Sequence record: NZ_LC532224.1 | Reading direction: 5' to 3' (one strand) | Length of the DNA stretch: 64,000 nt | DNA from: a plasmid | Part shown: piece after piece, positions 20,401 through 29,694 of the stretch | Numbering within the stretch: position 1 is the stretch's first letter | Layout of the letters: each line of letters starts with the position of its first letter | Made by a program: the position numbers and the translations under genes | Notes under the pieces: model-generated | Told to the model about the DNA's origin: nothing | Database searches by the model: none | The model's input: the letters and a program-made list of their open reading frames with translations, nothing else

Positions 20401-20651
20401 GCAAAAACAGATTTATGGTAAGTACTCCTAATACTCTCTATCTGACCCAATCTTGCGTGGAAAAATTTGGGTCGCAGTTAGAGGCTCAAGATCTTTTCAA
20501 TAAGCTTCCTCAGTACCTCGTTAATTCTGGTGCTGTGATCAATACAAAATGCCATGCATTTAACATGCCTACTTTGCTGGCCGCATCAGACCGGGCGAAA
20601 GTGGACATTGAACGAATTATCAATAACCTGAAAGAGGCTGGGAACCTATAA
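17499..20651 (+). CDS. traI: MOBH-family relaxase TraI (HD-domain TraI_2 type) with long acidic disordered C-terminal half
   Basis: HHHNGIGGLLSHSLEV...HDAGK histidine/HD motif characteristic of MOBH relaxases (R27/SXT/IncA/C TraI); size about 1050 aa as in IncHI TraI. Confidence 0.7.
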   Translation: MMMNFRALYLCIKRILGIFSSQENDATSVMIEDISSLSPFAQILGDQKYTVPDHPNPEVLKFIEYPTRPTGIQTFNEQSILSLYREKLHSISMMLAISDSDIRDDAYTFTNLVLKPLVEYVRWIHLLPASENHHHNGIGGLLSHSLEVAILSLKNAHHSELRPIGYQDEEVVRRKVYLYAAFICGLVHDAGKVYDLDIVSLNLASPIIWTPSSQSLLDWARENDVVEYEIHWRKRIHNQHNIWSSVFLERILNPVCLAFLDRVNKERVYSKMITALNVYTDGNDFLSKCVRTADFYSTGTDLNVLRDPIMGLRSNDAAARAISTIKHNFTSININNYNAKPMHIIIVNGEVYLNENAFLDFVLNDFELHKYNFPQGEAGKTVLVESLVQRGYVEPYDDERVVHYFIPGIYSENEISNIFRNGIGKLEFYNLLKLRWIGLIFDSYKIPDSVPGLFSVNANKDFIYIDEQKTVTEYRRPVPGRDVITKITDTVETAVLKVNDLGRSSASIDVDIHSKKNEGSSDDFEKKAESDNEIDNDTQIVKSEGEEAADPVIPDIEESEDESAKDTESHVLVNQLHELLLSAPLSNDYIVCVDAVPYLNIDTTMALLPGLDEKAFSEEPYFQLTFREGSLDGMWIVRDIDDLRLVQLGDNCAGFQLTYHEPRRPTTLKSLFNTSMYQALVINDESSVENSAPRPKQTLELPPPRVNAVEEHSGDVEYHGTDSASATGPLKTEAVEYEHYQHLFEKEDEEHEIIDYTDFSQLSVSRPEVGSCATSSSVHNEKLLSEPSELPELNREQNADPQGTNERSMDVSVGQENSEPDTEGNCPPPAEVVYSQTEAAATSVMASEEPALPPVLEESNGEHAPTDAKGHHLSPALARLFAPTAPVEKQNPKRNRNKSSDKAEVQKPASPVSGHNLNSKVFASTESDQNGEFSLISEGDVTELEFVEIALVLHQILSKMEVAFKRKRKNRFMVSTPNTLYLTQSCVEKFGSQLEAQDLFNKLPQYLVNSGAVINTKCHAFNMPTLLAASDRAKVDIERIINNLKEAGNL

Positions 20652-22735
20652 TGTCAGATTCGAAGAGGACTAACCTCCATGCACAAGAGAATTTTTATCG
20701 GCCTATTCTTGAGTATCGTAGTGCCTCAATACTTTTGATTTGTTCGGTTTCTATGCTTTATATGGGACTTTCTTCAGACGGACTGGACATCGCCCCAATA
20801 GTTCTGTTCACCTCAATATTGCTTTTTTTGCTGTGCCTTTATCGTTGCAAAACAGCAGCGCCATTTTTGATGGCTCATTGGCGTGTATTCAAGCGACATT
20901 TCATGTTCGTTAGTCTTGATTCACTGCGTGTAATTAACAAAAGTAACTTTTTCTCCAATGAGCGAAAGTATCGTCAACTGGTTCAGGATTATCAAAATAA
21001 AAATAAGGATATACCCGAGCGAAAGTCCTATTTTTGTGATGGGTTTGAGTGGGGTCCGGAACATGCGGATCGGGCATATCAAATAGCTAACCTCTCCAGT
21101 GATAAACGTGAGATCGAGTTGCCATTCGTCTTCAACCCAATTAAGAGACATTTTGACGCAATGGCTCGTAAGATGGGCGGCAGCAATGCAATTTTTGCTG
21201 TGGAACGTAGGGAACCCATATTTGTAACTGAAGACAATTGGTTTGGTCATACTCTGATAACCGGAAACGTGGGTACCGGGAAAACGGTGCTACAGCGTTT
21301 ACTAAGCATTAGCATGCTTCATCTTGGTCATGTTGTTGTTGTCATAGATCCAAAGAACGATGCAGAGTGGCGAGAATCTCTAATGGAAGAGGCTAAGACC
21401 CTCGGTCTTCCTTTCTATAAATTTCATCCTGGCCAGCCAGCATCTTCGGTCTGTATTGATGTCTGCAACACCTATACTAATGTTTCTGACCTAACATCTC
21501 GTCTTTTGAGCTTGGTGACAGTTCCCGGTGAGGTTAACCCATTCGTTCAGTATGCCAAGGCTCTCGTTTCCAATGTGATTTCCGGGCTTTCTTACATAGA
21601 GAAAAAGCCTTCTATTTATCTGATTCACAAGAACATGAAAAGCCACATGTCTATTGTGAATCTTACAGTCAAGGTAATGGAGTCATGTTACGCGAGATAT
21701 TATGGTTACGATGTCTGGACCGAAAAAGTTAAGTACGTCGCTAACGATACCTTGCCGGTACGTTTCAAGCGTCTCGCTGAATGGTTTACGGCTCATTTCA
21801 TGAATTACGAGGGGTCCGAACAAATAGACTGGTTAGATACTGTTTCCCAGCTTATTGATTACTCAATGTCCGACCCAGAGCATATGGCTAAAATGACCGC
21901 AGGTATTATGCCTGTTTTCGATATGCTCATTGAAAAACCTTTAAATGAGCTTTTATCTCCTAACCCGAACTCAGTATCATCAAGAGAAATTGTAACAAGC
22001 GAAGGGATGTTCAGCACTGGCGGGGTGCTATACATTTCGCTTGATGGCCTTTCAAACCCCGATACAGCAGCTGCTATTTCTCAATTAATAATGTCAGATC
22101 TGACCTCCTGTGCCGGTAGTCGCTACAACGCTCAAGATGGTGATATGTCAGCTAATTCCAGGATAAGTATTTTTGTTGATGAGGCACACTCAGCCATTAA
22201 CAACCCTATGATTAACCTTCTGGCGCAGGGTCGTGCAGCGAAAATTGCACTGTTTATTTGCACCCAAACCATCTCCGACTTTATTGCTGCGGCAAGTGTT
22301 GAAACTGCCAATCGAATTACGGGGCTCTGCAACAATTATATAAGCTTGCGAGTCAACGATACTCCTACTCAGACGCTTGTTGTAGAGAACTTTGGTAAGA
22401 GTGCGATAAGCACAAATATGGTCACTTATACGACCGGTTCAGAAACATCTTTGCCGCATAATAACTTCTCAGGTTCAATCTCAGAAAGAAAGCAGACAAC
22501 TTTAGAAGAGAGTATTCCAAAGGATCTCTTGGGTCAGGTCCCTATGTTTCACATAGTTGCCAGGCTTCAAGATGGCAGGAAGGTTGTAGGCCAAATCCCT
22601 ATTGCTGTTGCTGAGAAACAAATGAAGCCAAACACAACTCTGTCGGAAATGCTTTTCAAGAAGGCCGGAAAAGTTACTTTGCGTCAAAATCTCGATATCA
22701 AAAATCTTAATAAATTTCTAAGGAAGTTGCATTGA
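20651..22735 (+). CDS. traG: Type IV coupling protein (TraD/TraG-family, FtsK-like ATPase), 694 aa
   Basis: Two N-terminal TM helices, Walker A GNVGTGKT, Walker B DEAH; same length as IncHI coupling protein TraG. Confidence 0.8.
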   Translation: MSDSKRTNLHAQENFYRPILEYRSASILLICSVSMLYMGLSSDGLDIAPIVLFTSILLFLLCLYRCKTAAPFLMAHWRVFKRHFMFVSLDSLRVINKSNFFSNERKYRQLVQDYQNKNKDIPERKSYFCDGFEWGPEHADRAYQIANLSSDKREIELPFVFNPIKRHFDAMARKMGGSNAIFAVERREPIFVTEDNWFGHTLITGNVGTGKTVLQRLLSISMLHLGHVVVVIDPKNDAEWRESLMEEAKTLGLPFYKFHPGQPASSVCIDVCNTYTNVSDLTSRLLSLVTVPGEVNPFVQYAKALVSNVISGLSYIEKKPSIYLIHKNMKSHMSIVNLTVKVMESCYARYYGYDVWTEKVKYVANDTLPVRFKRLAEWFTAHFMNYEGSEQIDWLDTVSQLIDYSMSDPEHMAKMTAGIMPVFDMLIEKPLNELLSPNPNSVSSREIVTSEGMFSTGGVLYISLDGLSNPDTAAAISQLIMSDLTSCAGSRYNAQDGDMSANSRISIFVDEAHSAINNPMINLLAQGRAAKIALFICTQTISDFIAAASVETANRITGLCNNYISLRVNDTPTQTLVVENFGKSAISTNMVTYTTGSETSLPHNNFSGSISERKQTTLEESIPKDLLGQVPMFHIVARLQDGRKVVGQIPIAVAEKQMKPNTTLSEMLFKKAGKVTLRQNLDIKNLNKFLRKLH
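22667..22683. promoter_or_regulatory. Palindromic motif copy ggAAAAGTTACTTTgcg (3' end of the coupling-protein gene, 50 bp before the next gene)
   Basis: Motif family member; second near-copy inside the same gene at 20936-20955. Confidence 0.35.
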
Positions 22736-23844
22736 TGGATGAAAAAATTGTCCTGACGCGCCAGCAAATTTTAAGCTCTGCACTAAAAGTCAGCAAATGT
22801 CGCTCGCTCGTAAAAAGGCGCTTTCAGTCTTTGGGTTTAAAGTACGCAGATTCTCAGGAAGTTCGAGATCGGCTAACTATGATAGAAAAAAACGCGTTTC
22901 ATCATTTGGGAAAATTTTGTCAGAGCAACGATATCGATTCCCTATTCTCCATGGCAAATACCCTGTCTGAGCTTTTCCTTTTAAAGGGAGAGTTGATCAC
23001 GACTGATCCCTTTGGGGACCGTGAAACCAGCTACTGGTCGGTACCACAAGGATCATGCCATGAATGGATTCAATCACTGACCACCAGCGAAGGTCCTGAA
23101 CGTAAATTCGTTAGTTTCCGTATTTCTTTCGATAACAATGACGTACGGTGTGATCTTGTAAAAAAGAATGCCCGTATGCTTGGTTGTTATCTTTTGCCTT
23201 ATTTCGTCGATTTAACACGCACGGTGGGCGCATTCATTAATTTGCCAGGTAGTGTCTCTTTTAAACAAGTACAGCGCATCAAACCCCAGATTCATCCAGA
23301 AACAACACATAGTCATATAGTTACTATTGAGGACTCTCCCTTTCTTTCTCGGTTAAAATTTAAAATCATTACTGCCATAGATCAGCTTCCTGACCCTAAT
23401 GGCCTTTATACAAACACCTTTAACAGCATTATTGACCGTGCACTGCTGACTCATCTCAAAACCGAACAGGAAAAAATAGATAGTCCAAGAGTCTGCAAAA
23501 ATGTGATTTCGGCTTTTGCCGACTCAACTCTTTCTCTGCCGGTGTTTAACATCGGCCTAAACGAGCAGTACAGATACTGGACGCCGTGGGGCATCAACTT
23601 TATAGAATTTTCCCGCCAGGCCGCAAAAGCAAGGACCGCTGTATTTGTTCCTGATGTGGGACAGATCGAGTGGAAAAGCGCAGAGCATAAAGAACTGGCG
23701 GAGTTAAGCCTCATCGACCAAATCATACCTAAACAGTACCACTGGCTCCTGGGTATCCCGACGATGTGGCGTAACAACTATTGCAATCACGATCAGAGGC
23801 TAGCTCTTTTTCGTGAATGGAGGGAAAGCAATGGCTGCGGATAA
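22732..23844 (+). CDS. Hypothetical protein, 370 aa, in transfer operon
   Basis: ATGA overlap with the coupling protein gene; no recognised domain. Confidence 0.4.
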   Translation: MMDEKIVLTRQQILSSALKVSKCRSLVKRRFQSLGLKYADSQEVRDRLTMIEKNAFHHLGKFCQSNDIDSLFSMANTLSELFLLKGELITTDPFGDRETSYWSVPQGSCHEWIQSLTTSEGPERKFVSFRISFDNNDVRCDLVKKNARMLGCYLLPYFVDLTRTVGAFINLPGSVSFKQVQRIKPQIHPETTHSHIVTIEDSPFLSRLKFKIITAIDQLPDPNGLYTNTFNSIIDRALLTHLKTEQEKIDSPRVCKNVISAFADSTLSLPVFNIGLNEQYRYWTPWGINFIEFSRQAAKARTAVFVPDVGQIEWKSAEHKELAELSLIDQIIPKQYHWLLGIPTMWRNNYCNHDQRLALFREWRESNGCG

Positions 23845-24493
23845 TACAAGCAGGGCAGCAGTGCTCAGAACAATGCTTTTTTTTGGCATGGTCATTTATT
23901 TTGGTTACAGCTTGGCTTTCCAGAATACTGAGGAGCTCAAATATCAGATTACTCAGGAGGTTAATGCAAGCCGGTCCATCATATCAAATGACCGTTGGAA
24001 GTCTGTCATTGCAAATAGTGAAGCGACTTTAAATTGGTTGGTACATGACTATAAGTTAATTGACTATCTGAATACTATTCTGATCCCTGACACCAAAAAA
24101 CCAGCCAGAGGTATTAACATTGTTGCTGAAAAATTTACCTCTATTAATTACACTATGGCCAAAAACATACCCCTCTTACTTTATCAGTCCATTTTCCGGT
24201 GGAACTTAATCCTGGGGTGGCTAATCGTTTTTCTGCCCTATCTATTTGCCATGCTAGCAGATGGAATGTACCAGTGGAAATTGAAGAGGTACGTATTTGG
24301 TAAGGTTACAGTTCAGTTTTATCGTATTTGGTTTCGAGCATTTTGGGTGATCAGTGCTTTAACGATGGTCTACCTGGTCATGCCAAATATGTCACTATTT
24401 AACAATATCGCTCAACTTTTCCCACCAGTCGCTTTATTGATACTGGGAATTGCATTGAATCGCTTGTGGTCTAACTTTCAAAAACTCATGTAA
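23813..24493 (+). CDS. Integral membrane protein, 226 aa (TraJ-like by position and size in IncHI Tra1)
   Basis: Four or five hydrophobic helices; overlaps the upstream gene. Confidence 0.45.
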   Translation: MNGGKAMAADNTSRAAVLRTMLFFGMVIYFGYSLAFQNTEELKYQITQEVNASRSIISNDRWKSVIANSEATLNWLVHDYKLIDYLNTILIPDTKKPARGINIVAEKFTSINYTMAKNIPLLLYQSIFRWNLILGWLIVFLPYLFAMLADGMYQWKLKRYVFGKVTVQFYRIWFRAFWVISALTMVYLVMPNMSLFNNIAQLFPPVALLILGIALNRLWSNFQKLM

Positions 24494-24503
24494 AGGTGGT
24501 CAG

Positions 24504-25685
24504 ATGTTAAGCAGTAAAAAAAGGAAGTCCCCTACAAATATCAAAGAATCGCTCAATGATAACGCTGACCGTTTTTATAAGATGTTTCGCATTCATACCA
24601 CGGCAAAAGTTGCTATGTCGCTAATTGCCATGACCGCTGTAGGGTTTTCTTTCTACAATCTTTACGAACAATGGCAGGACGCTGAAGGGAAGAAAGACCA
24701 TATAGCTGTAATACGGATTTCTGGCGAGATGGGTACCGGCTCGGAAACGGGCGATGGAACAGTGATCGCAACAGCTCTTGCCAAAGCTTACAATAATCCC
24801 CATGCCAAAGCAGTTATTATCGAGGCAGAGTCAGGTGGTGGTGGTCCCTCTGACGCCATCATTATTTACCGCCAGATAAACGCGCTTAAAAACCACCAGC
24901 CACAGATTGAACGCGTATCAGATGCCGGTGGCTCTCTTTCATCTGTAGCCGCTGACAAGAGTAACAAAACCGGGAGCACAGAACGTGGCGATGAAGCACG
25001 GTCGAAGCAAAACTCCCTCGAAGTACTCTCCAGCGGTACCGGTCGTTTTTTCTCTGATATCGCAGACTCATATAAACCAATCATCGTTAGTGTGAAAGGC
25101 ATATGCGCATCCGCATGCTATTACGCGGTATCGCCCGCTGATGCAATTTATGCCGACAGTAATGCCCTGATCGGTTCTATCGGTGTGCGTATGGACCACT
25201 GGAATCTGTCAGAGATCATGAGCACAGTAAGCGTCAAGAATGAGCCCCTTACGGCCGGTGAGTTCAAAGATGCTCTTGACCCCTTCCACCCATTGTCCGA
25301 TTCAACGAGGGAGTTCATGCAGAAGGAGATCCTGAACACGATGCATGAAAAATTTATAACTGATGTTGAACTTGGACGGGGTAAAAAGCTTCTCTCGCGT
25401 CATGATGCCGATGCTGTTTCTCTCTATTCAGGCCGTGTATGGCCAACACCTCAGGCAGTTAAGTACGGCCTGGTGGATGGAGATCTTACGTCAGTAGAGA
25501 TCCGTACACGTCTTTCAAAAATGTACTCCACTGACACGTTCAAAAACTACAATGAGCCTCATCGTAATCTCCGTTCTGCACTCGGCATGCTGATGAGCCT
25601 GTCTTCAAATATTGAGAGCCTTACCGGTACCACTACCCGCTTAGTAGAATCTGTTAATGCCACCAGCTACCCCTCTGTGAGGTAA
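24504..25685 (+). CDS. S49-family peptidase (SppA-like, ClpP/crotonase fold), membrane-anchored
   Basis: N-terminal TM helix; SppA-like motifs (IRISGEMGTG..., GICASACYY). Confidence 0.6.
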   Translation: MLSSKKRKSPTNIKESLNDNADRFYKMFRIHTTAKVAMSLIAMTAVGFSFYNLYEQWQDAEGKKDHIAVIRISGEMGTGSETGDGTVIATALAKAYNNPHAKAVIIEAESGGGGPSDAIIIYRQINALKNHQPQIERVSDAGGSLSSVAADKSNKTGSTERGDEARSKQNSLEVLSSGTGRFFSDIADSYKPIIVSVKGICASACYYAVSPADAIYADSNALIGSIGVRMDHWNLSEIMSTVSVKNEPLTAGEFKDALDPFHPLSDSTREFMQKEILNTMHEKFITDVELGRGKKLLSRHDADAVSLYSGRVWPTPQAVKYGLVDGDLTSVEIRTRLSKMYSTDTFKNYNEPHRNLRSALGMLMSLSSNIESLTGTTTRLVESVNATSYPSVR

Positions 25686-25686
25686 C

Positions 25687-26418
25687 ATGGATGCTTTCAA
25701 TCTGCTGTGGAGCATTACGGGGGTAGCTTTCATTATCCTTATTTTCGTCGTGTTGCTGTGTCTGTTGGGATTTATGACCTCTGCCATAGCGGAACGGCGG
25801 ACTGCAAAGGCAATTGAATCTGGGCTTCCTGAAGAAGCTCAGGGGCTACTTAGTGATCTCACCTTTCAGTTGTCGGCTCATAGCACTACGCAGGTTGATC
25901 ACATTCTCGTAGCCCCACATGGTATATACGTCATAGAGCAGAAAAACTACGTAGGCAAGCTCTACGGTACTCTGGAGGAAAGCCACTGGCGGAAATGGAC
26001 TCAGTCCCGAACCCTCAAGTTGCAGAACCCGTTTAAGCAAAACCAGGGGCACATCAGGGCTATTCAGTCTGCTCTTAAGGCTAGAGAACTGGAATGTATC
26101 AATGTCGTCATCATAAACGGACGTTGTAAGTTTGATGGCATCAAGCCGGAATGGTTATGTATGGGGATGGACGATTTTATCCATAAAGTCAAACAACGAC
26201 GAGGGCTACGGTTGTTCACACCGGAGTCTGTTCAGCACATCTGTTCGGTGTTGAAGTCAACAAGGAAGTCGCCAGGGCTCTATACGGACCTTACTCATAT
26301 TCATAACATAACGACAAAGTACAAAGCCCCGATGAAATTCGAGCAACGAGTAACATACATTCTGCTCAACTTTATCCATTATCTGTGGGCAAGTCTGTTC
26401 ACTAAGCAGAAGCCTTAG
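25687..26418 (+). CDS. NERD (nuclease-related domain) protein with N-terminal TM helix
   Basis: HILVAPHGIYVIEQKNYVG motif typical of NERD; start overlaps the peptidase stop. Confidence 0.55.
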   Translation: MDAFNLLWSITGVAFIILIFVVLLCLLGFMTSAIAERRTAKAIESGLPEEAQGLLSDLTFQLSAHSTTQVDHILVAPHGIYVIEQKNYVGKLYGTLEESHWRKWTQSRTLKLQNPFKQNQGHIRAIQSALKARELECINVVIINGRCKFDGIKPEWLCMGMDDFIHKVKQRRGLRLFTPESVQHICSVLKSTRKSPGLYTDLTHIHNITTKYKAPMKFEQRVTYILLNFIHYLWASLFTKQKP

Positions 26419-26446
26419 CGCTCTATCATTGGTAAGGCTGTAAAAT

Positions 26447-26478
26447 GTCTGCAAAAGGCCCCATCGGTAAATTGTTGG
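26447..26478 (+). terminator. Rho-independent terminator after the transfer/NERD operon (aaggcccca...tggggcttttt)
   Basis: Hairpin followed by T-run, read directly. Confidence 0.45.
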
Positions 26479-26704
26479 GGCTTTTTCTTTGCGTAGTTCT
26501 GATACGGTTTATCCTGTGGAGCATTATGGCCACCAGCCAGCTGGTGACTGGCCAACGCTTTGTATGACGTAGCCTACTCAGGGCAGGCTATTTTAGAGGG
26601 ACCGATTTTTATCCGGGCTAATTTAGAAAGAGATAATTTGAACTTAGGCGGGCTGACCACCAGCAGAGAGGTAAATCACTAGCCGGTGATATTGACAGAA
26701 GTCG

Positions 26705-27067
26705 TCAGGGGTTTAACGCCGGAATATTTTGCCAGGCCTCCTGCAAGGTCTGCAAGACTTCTACAAGTGATAGTGACGGCCACAGGACTGTTTCCGTCAT
26801 TATCACTCCAGGTGGCTCGCACTCTACTGGTACCAGAATTAAAACAACACGAGTTCCTTTTACCTGGTAGGCAAGGTTTACTGCCGGTTGGCGGTAGGAG
26901 GCCAGTACACCCTCACCATATTGAGCAGGGTTACTTGCCCAGTTCCGCACCATTGCATACACCTGAGGCATATACCGACTATCCAGATCCCCTTTGGGCC
27001 GTCTGAACGGCACGATTTCTTCTGAGCGGTAGGTGGTCGTTGTTGTATTGGTTGTCATCTTTGTCAC
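26705..27067 (-). CDS. Hypothetical protein, 120 aa (Thr-rich N-terminus)
   Basis: Strong RBS GGAGGTG 5 nt upstream of ATG; preferred over the overlapping plus-strand ORF. Confidence 0.45.
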   Translation of the reverse strand: MTKMTTNTTTTTYRSEEIVPFRRPKGDLDSRYMPQVYAMVRNWASNPAQYGEGVLASYRQPAVNLAYQVKGTRVVLILVPVECEPPGVIMTETVLWPSLSLVEVLQTLQEAWQNIPALNP

Positions 27068-27123
27068 CTCCCCTGTTCGTCCATTTAGAGTTTTAAGCTG
27101 CTTTACACATCACACTCAACTGA

Positions 27124-27408
27124 TTATTTAAGCTGGTCATCGTCTCTGGCCAGCATAGCCCAACCATTCGCCTGGTTTTCGCGGGAGTAAGGATTCATTT
27201 CAAAATAACTATCTACCGCGTCGCTGTCCGCAACAGAACTGTTGTTAGCTCTCTTTGAACCCTGAACCACTACAGCATCAACCTCTGCGGCTTTCCCGTT
27301 GCGCTGTACCAGGATTTTAACCGTATTGGGCTTACGTCTTGCGAGCAGTTTGTTGGCGATAAAAAGCACAACAATCCAGGCCAAAAGCACGTATAAAAAT
27401 GTATTCAT
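27124..27408 (-). CDS. Small membrane-anchored protein, 94 aa
   Basis: RBS aaggaggg; N-terminal TM helix. Confidence 0.45.
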   Translation of the reverse strand: MNTFLYVLLAWIVVLFIANKLLARRKPNTVKILVQRNGKAAEVDAVVVQGSKRANNSSVADSDAVDSYFEMNPYSRENQANGWAMLARDDDQLK

Positions 27409-27568
27409 AATGCCCTCCTTTGTATGTGATTATTATACCTGCTTCCATTGCAGGCCAAACAGGTTCGGTGCATGAAAAATAGACTTCTCTCCGGCGTATA
27501 GCAATCTACTTACTGATCTGTTTTCGTATCAAACTGTATGGCATAACCGAGGGGCGTACGTGGTGAGT

Positions 27569-27586
27569 CAGAAAGTTACTTTTCCG
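27569..27586. promoter_or_regulatory. Palindromic motif copy cagAAAGTTACTTTTccg
   Basis: Motif family member; about 160 bp upstream of 27124-27408. Confidence 0.5.
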
Positions 27587-27764
27587 TAATAGTTAATTTC
27601 AGATCCTTCTTCCAGTTACGCTTCAGTATAAAACCGATACCCTCTAATTCAGCATCCTTCACGTTTAATACGCTTCACTTTAAGGCAGGGCTTTTCGGTT
27701 GAAATGAATTCTTTTTCCGGTTGCTGGACATGGGTTTCATCCTGATAGTTAAAGTTGCAGGCTA

Positions 27765-28064
27765 TCAGTCACCACCACCACCTCCGTCACCTCCTCCACC
27801 GCCACCATCACAACCACCAGCTATGCTATTTTCACCATTACAATCACCTCCGAGGGGGTTCAAATGGCTGCTCCCCTGTAGATGGTGTCCTTGCCAGATC
27901 GAACCCGAACCAGCGCCTCCTGAGCGTCTTTGCTTGCCCTGAGGCAATTGTGCAGGCTCACCAGCACCGGCGGTACCAAAAATGTCCCGGGCAATTTTAT
28001 AAAGAAGGTAAAAAGGTACGCCCAGCATCATAAAAAAGATTACTGAAAATATTACACGTTCCAT
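27765..28064 (-). CDS. Small membrane protein with Gly/Asp-rich C-terminal tail encoded by a GGT/GGC/GAT codon repeat
   Basis: RBS caggagatcatcaATG; N-terminal TM helix; 3' third is a simple codon repeat (27770-27835). Confidence 0.4.
   Translation of the reverse strand: MERVIFSVIFFMMLGVPFYLLYKIARDIFGTAGAGEPAQLPQGKQRRSGGAGSGSIWQGHHLQGSSHLNPLGGDCNGENSIAGGCDGGGGGGDGGGGGD
27770..27835. repeat. Simple G-rich codon repeat (GGT/GGC/GGA/GAT)n inside the small membrane protein gene
   Basis: caccaccaccacctccgtcacctcctccaccgccaccatcacaacc read directly; source of spurious poly-Pro/poly-His ORFs on the opposite strand. Confidence 0.6.
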
Positions 28065-28496
28065 TGATGATCTCCTGTCTTGTGAGAGACCAGTTATATC
28101 AGGGTGATTCAGTATTTCCGTTTAGAAAAGAGTACTAATTTGGCCCTGTTCGCTCTTAATTTGCCATCCGGGAAAAAGTCATAGGGATAGGCCTGCCAGA
28201 GTCAATAACTTCCAGTGATCTGGAGGAGACCCCGGCTCTCTGAGCCCTCATGGATGGTACGGCTTTACCCCTTGTAAACAGATTCACGTTCCGCAGGACA
28301 AACATCGACTACTGACGTCTCATATTTGCTGACGCTAATCCGACGTCTCATTGCCGTCTGCTTGTTTTCTTTAAAGGGTGTATTAGACGAATATCAAATC
28401 GGAATGGTAGGGGATGTGTGGGCACCATGCCCGGCCCTCTTTGAGCATCTGAGAGATTGGAGACCTAGCCGGGTAAGATAGCTACTTTCTTACGGG

Positions 28497-28865
28497 TTAC
28501 CCTTCAAATCCAAAGACGAAACGGACGCTGCCGTTCTCCACGTGGAGACGCTTTACTTCTTCGACAAATTCCTGGATCACCTCTCCGGCGTTATCGGGTG
28601 GTATGGCTGACAAAATTTCTTCCGAAGTCAGCCATGAGTATGAATGTTCACCGAATAAATCATCATCTTCGGACGGTATATCATCAGGTAATCCGCGTAA
28701 TGCGTGGATAAAAACTGCTGATGTGCTCGCCCTTTCACGATCTACATCAAATCCGAGCCAGGCAAAGTGGAGATATGATCGGTCCCCTTTATAATTGCTT
28801 GATAAATTAATCCATTTACCAGGCTTTTCTTCCCTTTGAAATCGCCAGCAGATATCAACGCCCAT
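28497..28865 (-). CDS. Hypothetical protein, 122 aa
   Basis: ORF with plausible start; no domain recognised. Confidence 0.4.
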   Translation of the reverse strand: MGVDICWRFQREEKPGKWINLSSNYKGDRSYLHFAWLGFDVDRERASTSAVFIHALRGLPDDIPSEDDDLFGEHSYSWLTSEEILSAIPPDNAGEVIQEFVEEVKRLHVENGSVRFVFGFEG

Positions 28866-29090
28866 TAAGAAACTCCATTACTATCGTTCGTATGAGATAA
28901 CTATCATTTCAGAATACTATGACTTCTTCCCGTATAGAACTAATCGCTCACGCCATTTAGCTACTTACTTTTTTTACGTACGCTTGCAGCGCAGTACCTT
29001 GAGAGAAGTAAGTAAGACTGGGCGAAGCCAACCGGTTCCGCCACCTCGCTCACCGGCTTTTAGGCGTAAGCACTGAAGTCAGCCTCCATG

Positions 29091-29633
29091 CTAACTGGCG
29101 AGCCTGCGAAAGTCAGACTCGTTGTTATAAAGCGGCATATCGTAAGCAGTGTCTGAAATGAACATTCGGATCTGCTCAAGCGTCATGCCACAATGAAAAC
29201 GGGTTACGCTCACATTGGCCCGGGGGAAGTCAGCACAAAATGCATTCAAAACATTCTCATGGACAATACCAATGTTGATTAACGCAGCTGGCCCGTTGTC
29301 ACGGAAAGATACGACACGGAATCCCCCATACCAGCCTGACTGGGAGAAAAATGAAAATGCACTCGTTGCCAGACCATTAGACAGGTCATAGCGCAATTTC
29401 CCGCTCAGAGACTGGCTGTCTCTGCTGTACACGCGATTAATGAAAATGCCGGGACCAACTTCTACCGGCTGCTTGTTGCTTGCTAAACACGGAAAGCCCA
29501 CCAGCGAAACCTCCCTTTCTCCTAACCAGTTTACCTGATACCCGGCAGTGAGAAAGTCAGTCAGTTCTACGCCAGAAAGAGCATTAATGGCCGCAATATC
29601 GGTATCCAAAATATTTACGTTTTTCATATTCAT
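29091..29633 (-). CDS. Hypothetical protein, 180 aa (downstream gene of a two-gene cassette)
   Basis: 61-bp gap to upstream ORF on the same strand; no confident domain call. Confidence 0.4.
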   Translation of the reverse strand: MNMKNVNILDTDIAAINALSGVELTDFLTAGYQVNWLGEREVSLVGFPCLASNKQPVEVGPGIFINRVYSRDSQSLSGKLRYDLSNGLATSAFSFFSQSGWYGGFRVVSFRDNGPAALINIGIVHENVLNAFCADFPRANVSVTRFHCGMTLEQIRMFISDTAYDMPLYNNESDFRRLAS

Positions 29634-29694
29634 CTCATCTATATTCTAAAGTGCGTTTTTTGTCTATCAGCCCGAGGATTGAAAATTTGAATAT

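Noticed and set aside
26686-27006. 106-aa plus-strand ORF
   Set aside because: The overlapping minus-strand ORF has a strong GGAGGTG RBS; the plus ORF has none.
27721-28033. Plus-strand ORFs encoding poly-Pro/poly-His proteins (27721-27942, 27755-28033)
   Set aside because: They are translations of the G-rich simple repeat on the wrong strand. The minus-strand gene 27765-28064 has an RBS and a TM helix.
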